The notes below the pieces were generated by a model that was not told the DNA's origin, made no database searches, and saw nothing but the letters and a program-made list of their open reading frames with translations. The position numbers and the translations under genes were made by a program. A stretch of DNA of 64,000 nt from Octopus vulgaris. Its lineage: Eukaryota. Every line of letters begins with the position of its first letter. Position 1 is the stretch's first letter. The DNA lies in the NCBI GenBank assembly GCA_951406725.2, contig OX597819.1:3906001-3970000 (forward strand), read 5' to 3'. This document shows positions 53,360-64,000 of this stretch, one piece after another.

Positions 53360-53546
53360 TTGGTTTCAAAATTTGGCACAATGCCAGCAATTCCAGGACA
53401 GGGTATAAGTCGATTACATCGACCCAAGTATTCAACTGGTACTTATTTTATCGACGTCAAAAGGATGAAAGGCAAAGTTGAGCACGGTGGAATTTGAACT
53501 TAGAACATAAAGACGGAAGATATGCCGCTAAGGATTTCGCCCGGCT
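53360..53546 (-). mobile_element. B' SINE
   Basis: ggtttcaaaatttggcaca...gtcgattacatcgacc...aaggatgaaaggcaaagt...ggaatttgaac. Confidence 0.83.
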
Positions 53547-54396
53547 TATATTGAGAAATGCAAGGCGTTCCATACGCAGAACCGGTAACGTGACAAATGC
53601 ATTGTGGTATTTTATATTCAGGTTTCAAATCCCGCCGATGTCATATTGGTCTTGCGTAGAAATAGAGGCTCCTAGTTCTAATCTACTCCGGGACTATGCA
53701 AATATGTAGGAATAGACAACATAACGAATCTACACACACACACATATATATATATATATAAACACACGCACTCATACATACACAGTATATTTATGGCACC
53801 TATAAATCATCCGCAAACAAAGCAACATTCATACATATATACACACATACATATGTTATGCTTATTATTTATCTACACTCAACCATATATAAATAATAGA
53901 AGCTCTGTAATCACACACACACACAAAAAAAGAAATACAAAATCCCAAAATGCCAAGAAGAATTTCTGCAACTTTAATATGATGTAGGTGTTACAATCAG
54001 AAACAAAGTGTCAGAGAAGATACTACAGAATATCAACAAGCCTGTGAAAGCTACAGATTCTTCTACGAAACTGGTTGTGACCTATGCAATAAGTTCGGAT
54101 AATTCCCTTCCACTAGGTTTGTATTCAGTGGGGAAATAGAAACAAGAGCTTAATACGAAACAGTAAGACACATTTCTTTCGAACATCTGTATTTAAGATG
54201 TGTGACAGGAACTAAATGACTTATTCACGTGCACCTATAATTCTACCTTCTGTTTAAATCGAAGTTTATCACCTGCTGTCATTGAGGAATCTTATTTACG
54301 ATGGCTGGATATCTGTTGCGTACACATACACGCACATACCTCCACATGACACTGACACACATATACGCACTCAAATTTGTATGCTCTCTCTCTCTC

Positions 54397-54446
<50 letters not shown>

Positions 54447-54780
54447 AGTGTGTGTGTACGTAAATATCTATCTAACTATATGTATGTATGTATCTATGTA
54501 TATATATATATATATATACATACATACACACATGCACATATATATTCTATTAATGGTTTTTTTGTAAAGTAAAAGACCAAATATTTTCGAGATGGAAGTC
54601 ATACTTTGCGGAATAGATTTCTGTCACTTGTAACTACTTGTTTCCTTGCATTCTGGTAGGATAGGAATAAGTTAAATCTATGACTTATTCAACACAGACA
54701 CCCATAAATCACAGACACATATACTTTTGCTTTCACATTAATGCTTCCATACGCATAGATATATATAATCATCTATGTGT

Positions 54781-54831
<51 letters not shown>

Positions 54832-55557
54832 TGCATGTGTGTGTGTGTATTTGTATATATGGATGTATACTGCTGGGCACGCGTATGCCAGTCATGTTTT
54901 AATTTACACACATTTAGGGACACTCATCTAGAAGCCCAGTTCCAATACAGCGTATACAACACATACAAGTTGCCTTCTTTTAGTAGGAAGAATCGACAAC
55001 GTAAATATTTTAAAGATAAATGGAGAAAGAACACCCATATACACGTACACAAACACACACATATATGCACTCGCAGGCACTCACACACACGTTTAAATAT
55101 AGACAAATAAAAATAGGTATACATGCACAGATTCTTACGACGTTGTAAATTAAACCTCTGCATATATTTGCATTTATAATATCTATTATCAATGGTAATC
55201 GTTTACTTTGAATTTACGCCCATATTGGTTTCCCAAATCAGTGTTTAGTAAGATGAGCTTTTCGATATAAATAGTAGAAACACATCGTAGGATTGAAAGC
55301 ATAAGCATAAACATAAAGGAAAGAGAGGAGAGGAGAAGTGTATTGCAATACAAATAAATAAAAAGGCAGAGCGATCAGGATTGGAGGAAAGACTTATTAT
55401 GTACACAGTTAGCCTAGTAATAATAAACGTTGCATTGAATAACCTGTTAAAGGAACGTCATTGTTACAAGCAATTAGTAAGAATGTTAGTTCGGGCAAGA
55501 TTGATCATGTTCAAGAAACTCATTGCTGAACATTAAGTATTCACGCACGCACAAACA

Positions 55558-55614
<57 letters not shown>

Positions 55615-55709
55615 ACACACAAACACACACACACACACACACACACTCACACACGCGCGTGTATGTGGTTGCACAAAAATTATGGATATATAGATTTAAC
55701 TTATTCATA

Positions 55710-55977
55710 GGTGTAGGAGTGGCTATGTGGTAAGTAGCTTGCTTACGAACCACATGGTTCCGGGTTCAGTCCCACTGCGTGGCACCTTGTGTGTGTGCGT
55801 GTGTCTGTGTTTGTCCCCCTTAACTTCACTTGACAACCGATGCTGGTGTAACCTAGTGGTTCGGCAAAAGAGACCGATAGAATAAGTACAAAGAATAAGT
55901 CCTGGGGTCGATTTGCTCGACTAAAGGCGGTGCTCCAGCATGGCCACAGTCAAATGACTGAAACAAGTAAAAGAGTA
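55710..55977 (+). mobile_element. Family A SINE with internal deletion
   Basis: Head jumps from gcgtggcacctt directly to (tg)n; intact 3' tail. Confidence 0.88.
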
Positions 55978-56041
55978 TACGTATACTTTTAATTCACAAT
56001 TATACGTAAAACTATAGATTTACATACAAAGGAAATATGTA

Positions 56042-56203
56042 GGCGCAGGAGTGGCTGTGTGGTAAGTAGCTTGCTAACCAACCACATGGTTTCGGGTTCA
56101 GTCCCACTGCGTGGCATCTTGGGCAAGTGTCTTCTGCTATAGCCCCGGGCCGACCAATGCCTTGTGAGTGGATTTGGTAGACGGAAACTGAAAGAAGTCC
56201 ATC

Positions 56204-56247
<44 letters not shown>

Positions 56248-56474
56248 GTGTGTATATGCATGTGTTGTGTGTTTGTGTTTGTCCCCTTAACATTGCTTGA
56301 CAACCGATGCTGGTGTGTTTACGTCCCCGTCACTTAGCGGTTCGGCAAAAAGAGAATAAGTACTGGGCCTACAAAGAATAAGTCCCGGGGTCGAGTTGCT
56401 CAATTAAAGGCGGTGCTCCAGCATGGCCGCAGTCAAATGACTGAAACAAGTTAAAGAGTAAAAGAGAAAAGAGT
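56042..56474 (+). mobile_element. Family A SINE, young, near full length
   Basis: Nearly identical to the 3059 and 16094 copies. Confidence 0.92.
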
Positions 56475-56654
56475 ATATAAATGTATTTATATGTGTCCAT
56501 GAAAGCAGATAGAGAAACGAAAAGACAAAATAGGAAGATAAGTGTGAAGACGTCGCACCATCTGTAAGTCAACGGAGAGTTATATACCGTAATATATTAG
56601 TTGTTCGTGTGACATCATCAATACAAGCAATTAATAGTCACAGCCTAAAATAAT

Positions 56655-56843
56655 TGATTTTAAATTTTAGCACAAGGCTAGGAATTTCGGATGAGTGGTT
56701 AAGTCGATTACATTCAACCCGTACTTATTTTATCGACTACGAAAGGGTGGAAGCTAAAGTCGACAACGGCGGAATTTGAACTCAGAACGTAGACAGACGA
56801 AATTCTGCTAGACATTTTACCTGGCAAGCTAATGATTCTGCCT
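56655..56843 (-). mobile_element. B' SINE
   Basis: aagtcgattacat...aaagtcgacaacggcggaatttgaactcagaacgta. Confidence 0.8.
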
Positions 56844-56975
56844 TACAATCCAAAATTATTAATCAATTTGCAGATAACTTATTTCCAATCTAGTATTTAA
56901 ATACTAGTCCAATCTAGTGTTCAAAACTTTATTGTTAGTAAAGTATGCATGTATATACGTATAAACAAGCTCACT

Positions 56976-57040
<65 letters not shown>

Positions 57041-57365
57041 CAAATATCTAACTTAACAGTTAACACATAAGTAAATATAGATATACGCGCATATCGTAAC
57101 ACACATTTTTAGGCATATATAGACATTATGGCAAACTCTCACCACTCTCATGTCTTTTCGATCAGAAAAATATTGCTACAGTACTGTTGACCTACATCTA
57201 GCAGCTAAAGAACAAAAATACATAATTTAATATCTTGTGGAACAGCTTATCAAAAACGAAGCCATAATTAGGAATCTACCAGTTATACATACTAGAGAAA
57301 TATGGAATATTTCTCTATCGTCAACCTTTCTGAACAGTCAGTTGGGGAGGTCTGCTATAATATAA

Positions 57366-57587
57366 GGCGGCGAGGTGGCAGAAACGTTAGCACGCGAAAT
57401 GCTAAGCGGTATTTCGTCTGCCGCTAAGTTCTGGATTCAAATTCCGCCGAGGTCGACTTTGCCTTTCATCCTTTCGGGGTCGATATATTAAGTACCAGTT
57501 ACGCACAGGGGTCGATGTAATCGACTTAATCCGCTTGTCTGTCCTTGTTTGTCCCCTCTATGTTTAGCCCCTTGTGGGTAGTAAAGC
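57366..57587 (+). mobile_element. Family B SINE
   Basis: Full monomer matching 7628-7854. Confidence 0.9.
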
Positions 57588-60212
57588 AACATATATTATA
57601 ATGTTCACGCGTCTGATGAAGTATTATTAAATAAAGATCACCAAACTTCATCAGCATTTCCTGGACTATTCTGTTTCATAAAGAAAGTATCCGAAATAGG
57701 GCAATGCCTTGCTGGAGATACATCAAGTTTAGTGAGAATATGTACCTACTATATATGCGAATTATGAATTAAGTGGACAGTGTACCAGATCACTAACGCT
57801 GTCATCTGAAAGAGGTGTGATCTATGTCCTTTAATGTTCCTGTGGTGGATCTCTAATCCAAGGTGTCGAGCTGAAACAAGATATCACGATTCGCTATTTT
57901 TCGTAGGTCGCAGAATAAAGTCTTTCGTTAATTTGCAATCCCTTATATACCAGAAAGCGGAATTCAAGATGTTAACGTTTATAGAATTTTCAAATTTAAT
58001 CAATCTCAGCATCTATAAAAATGCATTTTTCTTAGGGCCGCAGAAGGGTCAGATTTGGTTAATTAGATGGAGATTTCCACTTGGATAGATCATCCATCCA
58101 ATTTATGTAAATATACTGGAAGATTTGTTAACTATTCCAAATCGTTAGAATTATGTGTTCTATCTAGAGACACAATGAAACGTTCGCAGCTGATTTAAAC
58201 TCGAATCTAATGATTTAATAAAGTGACATACCCATTCGATCGTTTCCACATTCCGTGCATATTTACTATGTTAACATTCACTCATCTTCATGTAATACAT
58301 CAACTAGATCCAATAGACATGCTAAAAAGTTACGGCGATTTTAAACAATAACATTTACTTCAATTACACCAAACTATAATTAAGTTACAATTTTATTTTT
58401 TGTGCATCTTCTCATGAACACATCTGAGATAAAAACCACTTCACTGATCAATAATGGCGGAAGATGACATCCTGGGATCCGATTCACAGCTACTATCCTC
58501 TAAATCACCCTCCGGTAGTTACCACGATTTTATACAAACAAAACTCTTTACTAATTAGGAAAACATGATTCCCTTCGTCGATAATTAGGAAAATTTCCAG
58601 GAATGAAGAAAACAATATGCATGTAAGCAAGTGAGTTATTTTTCTATTGTTAGCTGAATATTTCTCTACCTTTCGCTCAAACCAATTCTATTTCCAGCTT
58701 AGAAAAACGATGCAATTCAATGAAATATCATTTTCATAGAAATATTGGTGAATGAATGTGTGCATATATGAGTGAGTGAATATGTGTGTGTACATATTCG
58801 CGAGCGGATTTGGTTGTGCGTGTTCGTTTCGATACAGATATGCATATAAGGATGTGTATGAAAGAGTTGTTAAAGTGTATATGAAAGGGTCTATACACAC
58901 ATGGATATATATGAAAATGAACATGTGCCTGAATGTAACAGCATACTTATCTATATTTGCATAGAAAAGTATATTTTACGCATAAATATAAATATGTATA
59001 TTAGATAAAAATAAGAAGCAAACAATATCATTTACATCTCAAACCTTATTTCTTCACTTCTACAGCCGTTTCAATAACAGTATTTATGTGTATGTGTGTT
59101 TATGTACATATTTGTGTGTGTGTATATGCGTGTGTGTGTGTGCGTGTGATACAGAGAGAGAGAACGAGATAGAGCGAGAGAATTTGTATTTATATGAGAG
59201 TGACATCTAACTAATTTTCAATTTGTTATATCGCAATACTACACATTGGCTGTGTGAGCTAAGAAATCCTCGTCGCCACGGTGATATCGCACGTTCGGAT
59301 GACCTCTACTAAACTCCTCGACGACTAGACTTCTACCTCTATGTCTACGTATTGGGCTAGTCTACTTCATCGTCTGGGGGCGTCAACACAACACAATTAT
59401 AATTGTAGATACACATTACATGTAAACTATTCGAATGCTCCTAAGTTAACTTCCTCTCAGTCACCTCTTTGGCTACTCGATCTAAAACAGATACGTCGTA
59501 TTGCTACATATATATATTGTCAATATAAAAACACCGTCTGGATGTGAACGCTAAAAGTACCAGCATTGTCTATGATTCTTTTACAAGCATTACTGTGAAA
59601 CATGTATCGACTGCAACGAAGATAGAGATTTTATATTTCACAACATTCCTAACCAAATGACTCCCACCTAATTACAGCCTCCATTATTATCATTCATAGT
59701 AAGTGATGATAATAACCATTGTGAATTATATAATAATTATGTTATATAATAATTATTATTGATTATTAATAATTATGTTATATTATTATAATTGCTGTTA
59801 CAAATAATTATGTGGCTGCAAACCTCAATATTTGCTATTGAAATTACTGTAGAAATAAAGAAATAAAGATTTAAAATATCAGTAATATTATTTGTTTTCT
59901 ATTTTTTTATATATATATATATTATTAAGTATGTTTTGCCATTTGCATACATTATACCAATTTCAAAGTTTATGCATTATCGCCCTTGTTACTTTTATTA
60001 TTGTTGAACTGAAGTAAGAAAAACACTAAGGCTTAATGTAACATTAAAAATTCAGCTCTAACATCTGCAAGTAATTCTTTCATGCACATGTACCTTTCCA
60101 GCATATTGAAATGAAAATATTTTATATGCATTCACAAATACATGCACGCTAGCACACACACATACACGCACATATACATTCATATAAATATATATGTATA
60201 TATATATGTATA

Positions 60213-60273
<61 letters not shown>

Positions 60274-60301
60274 TTATATATAACTATGTATATGTATGTA
60301 C

Positions 60302-60341
<40 letters not shown>

Positions 60342-60875
60342 GTACATACATACATACATGCATACATATAGACAAGTATATGAGCTTTTAAAACTATTCT
60401 CCCTACAGTCATAATATTTGCAGTAAGATTTTATCAAGTTAAAATGATTAATCATATAGAAAATGTCTTTCAAAAAGAAATGGGCGCTACTTTTATGGTA
60501 GGAAGGTGTTGCGTTAGTTATGCGGCCTTCGCTGTTTTCCGCTTTTCAGACACACCTGGTATAAGGTAATGCTAGCAGTAATACAAACTATTATGTTATC
60601 TTCTAGGGTTACCTAATAGTTTTTAATACCGTTGTTAACCATCTCCGATTTAGTGTCGGATTTAGAATACTTATAAAATATTCTTTTTTTTTTTACCTTT
60701 CGCAATTGACCAGATTCTTCTCGTATTTCGAAAAACCGGAATATTTTGAAATTTCGATTCACACAAATGTCAAATGTTTCAGAACATGAAACATTTTAAA
60801 CAAATGCATTTTTGATCTGCTGGTGGTACACCTAACCCGATCTGTCAATAACACACACACACGCACACAGACACT

Positions 60876-60922
<47 letters not shown>

Positions 60923-61008
60923 ATACTCATACACACACACACATATACACACACACTCATACACACATACACATAAACACAAACACATACATGTATAGAA
61001 AATGTGAA

Positions 61009-61057
<49 letters not shown>

Positions 61058-61930
61058 GAAAGAGAGAGAGAGATAGAGAGATAAGCTTCTACACTATATT
61101 CGTGTTCGAAAACAGTTGCTGAAAGTGCTCCACAGAGCGATCGAACCTGGAAACATGTCTTATGAGCTGCCCCCTTAGACTATAGAGACATGTAAACAAC
61201 GAAATAACTAAACATATACTACACACGCATATACAATGACTTATCCACTTACACTCACTCATAGAGGGAAAAGGAAATGGAGTAGAAACGAGCTGCATAG
61301 TTAGGAAGAAAAATATGCATATGCCCAGAAAAGAACAGAAAAGTGTATGTATGTATGTATGTATGTATGTATGTATGTATGTATGTATGTATGTATGTAT
61401 GTATGTATGTATGTACGTATGCATGTATGTATGTATGTATGTATGTGTTTATATGCTTTTGTATGTGTGAAAGGAAGAGAAAGAGAGAGAGAGAGAGAAT
61501 TATCAACGAATGATGTCAGAGGGGAGGCAGCGTGAAGAGAAAACCCGAAGATTACTTTAGAGATATTGGCGGTCTAGAAGGGAAGTTAATAGTATTAGAT
61601 AAAATGGCATTATAAAACCAGTAAATCATTCATTCATTGTCGAGGTTTCATTTCTTTTCCGACAGAACCATTATGATTAATTCATTAAATTTCATTATCA
61701 ATCAGCGAATCCATTTAATAATCAATGTTCTTATGATATCAATTATCTGCCATGTGTTTTGAAAGTGCAGCCAGATGTTTGTAATGCAGTTATCAAATTA
61801 TACAGGCTTACACAATCATGGAATTAAACGTTTAACCCTGCAATAACTTCATCGCAACATCTAATATAATTTGTGACGTACACATCCTTTCCTAAAAATG
61901 TGTCGCGTCTAAAAAATACTGCTGCTGCTG

Positions 61931-61970
<40 letters not shown>

Positions 61971-62197
61971 AAAAATCGCTTCCACTTTAGGCACAAGGCC
62001 TGCACATTTAGAGTAGGAGGTAAGACAATTACAACGGCTATAGTACATGATTGTCACTTTATTTTGTTAACTTTAGAGAGGTGGCTCTAATGGATTATCT
62101 CGCTCCCCGACGGACGATGATGTTCAGATATTACTGCGTGAAGCCTTTTGGATGTTTCTTTCTAATAAATATGTATGCATGTATATATGCATGTATC

Positions 62198-62642
62198 ATT
62201 ATTCAGTTTATTTCAAGATTTCATGCCAATAGAGAAAGGACCGGTTTCCAACCTAGGTCCAAGGTTCCTTCATTGCTATTTCAACATCAACAACAGGGTA
62301 TTTTATGTATGTATGTATGTATGTGTGTATGTATGTATGTATGTATGCATGCATGTATGTACGTATCTATGTATGGGCAGATTTGTATGTTTTATGTGTG
62401 TATTCTCATGCATTTAGTTGCATATCTAGACATACTCATTTTTATTTAAATGATAAACTTCCGGAAAGTTTTACAGATTTTTACAGTTCCAGTGATAGAT
62501 TAGACATGTAGTCTTCGAATTACCTTTCTCCTTTCTGGTTTTGAGAAGCCTAATTTCTCAAGATCGGTATTTAGGCAGTTGTTACATATCCCGGGACCCA
62601 ATAATTGCAGGTATAAACCTGAACATGTAATCTGGATAGAGA
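62198..62642 (-). mobile_element. 3' fragment of a third RLE-type non-LTR retrotransposon
   Basis: Minus strand LYPDYMFRFIPAIMG...CLNTDLEKLGFSKPERRKVIRRLHV*SITGTVKICKTFRKFII* (62446-62642). 3' UTR with (ATGT)n, ending aataaactgaataat. Confidence 0.65.
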
Positions 62643-62728
62643 CGGTTTCTTCTATAACAACAGCTAGAAAGAATTTGTTTACCTGTTGAGCTGTTGTTTT
62701 CGTTCTGTTACTCGCTTGTGTCCCGCAA

Positions 62729-63049
62729 TGGTACTTAGTTTAACGACACCGAAAGAATGAAAGGTAAAGTCGACCTCGGCGGAATTTGAACTCAGAACGT
62801 AAAGACAGACGAAATACCTATTTCTTTACTACCCACAAGGGGCTAAACACAGAGGGGACAAACAAGGACAGACAAACGGATTAAATCGATTACATCGACA
62901 CCAGTACGTAACTGGTACTTAATTTATTGACCCCGAAAGGATGAAAGGCAGAGTCAACCTCGGCGGAATTTGAACTCAGAACGTAACGGCAGACGAAATA
63001 CGGCTACGCATTTCGCTCGGCGTGCTAACGTTTCTGCCAGCTCACCACC
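62729..63049 (-). mobile_element. Dimeric family B SINE
   Basis: Same monomer-to-headless-monomer junction (gtaaagaaatag|gtatttcgtc) as 34732-35117. Confidence 0.9.
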
Positions 63050-63111
63050 TTCTTTGTGATCCTTAATAATGTTAGGGAAAATTGGCTCGTATTAATTTTT
63101 AAATATCAAAG

Positions 63112-63290
63112 AGGCGAGCTGGCACAGTCGTTAGACCGTCGAACAAATGACTTCCGGTATTTGTTACAGCTCTTTAACCATCCAAGTTCAAATCCCACCA
63201 AGGTTAAATTTGACTTTCAATCACCGGATCAATAAAATAAAGTATTGGTTAGTGTCCAAAGTATCGACACGCTACCCCCATCTCGCCAAC
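63112..63290 (+). mobile_element. Degraded B' SINE
   Basis: aggcgagctggcacagtcgttag...agttcaaatcccacc...ataaaataaagta. Confidence 0.7.
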
Positions 63291-64000
63291 AAAAGATAAA
63301 AAATAAAAATAAAATATTGGTGTTTAGAAAGAAACATTAGAAAAGAATCATTTCCTTTCAATGTCAAAACATTTACTATTTAACTAAAATCATCTGATAA
63401 TACACGATCTCTCACTATCTTCACACATCTAGTTCGTGTTTCAAATGTTAAAAGTTATTCTTTACCGCTTTATAAAACTCAATGATAGGCTTAATGTCAT
63501 AACTATGTCATCATCTCTACGACTATTGTTGTTTCTACGCTTTTATTTTTTTTTCTCTCTGCCTTATGAAATATATTCACCCGAGGCTATAAATGCTGTT
63601 GTTTAAATATGTCTGTGATAAATGGCCGTTAACAAAATTCTGAATCCATAACACAGTAGGGTATTGAAACAGTATTTCCTTTCCAAGCGTTGTTTACACA
63701 TCACTGATTTCCCACATTCTTCCTGTAGTGTTTGAGAATAATAGTTCTTTGTTTATTTTCTGTGTGACTTTGGCCACCATAGTTGAGACTGCGTGTTAGA
63801 ATTTTTGCGATCTTAACAAATGCCTTCTCTGGATGAGTTGTTTAGCACAAAAGCCGACGGTTTTTAAGCGGTCAACCATATGGCGAAGCGTTCTCAGTGA
63901 GCTAAAAGGTTACGTTTGCATTTTCAGACACAATAATCCAGTCATCCTTATCATCGACATCGTCATCGTCATCGTCGACACAACCATCATCATCATCATC

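Noticed and set aside
57613-57654. CTGATGA inside a 10-bp inverted repeat
   Set aside because: No stem II or GAAA at hammerhead spacing.

Overview
AT-rich, microsatellite-saturated eukaryotic non-coding DNA. Its repeat content resembles a coleoid cephalopod (Octopus-like) intron or intergenic region; this assignment is an inference. No intact host protein-coding gene is supportable, and nearly all listed ORFs are translations of (TA)n/(CA)n/(GATA)n/(TACA)n/trinucleotide repeats or of SINEs. The window is a layered transposon graveyard: over 25 copies of at least five tRNA-derived SINE families, some nested with clear TSDs and one a recurring dimer; R4/Dong-like RLE non-LTR retrotransposons embedded in a TAA microsatellite and interrupted by a 576-bp hAT MITE; RTE LINE fragments; non-autonomous Helitrons; a Helentron-like 3' end still attached to an APE endonuclease fragment; and a probable solo LTR. 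The most notable signal is a dispersed set of minimal, Penelope-type hammerhead ribozyme motifs (about 4 near-intact, several decayed). They mostly sit in short microsatellite-flanked cassettes, several occur as inverted duplications, and one lies downstream of a tRNA-like Pol III B box.
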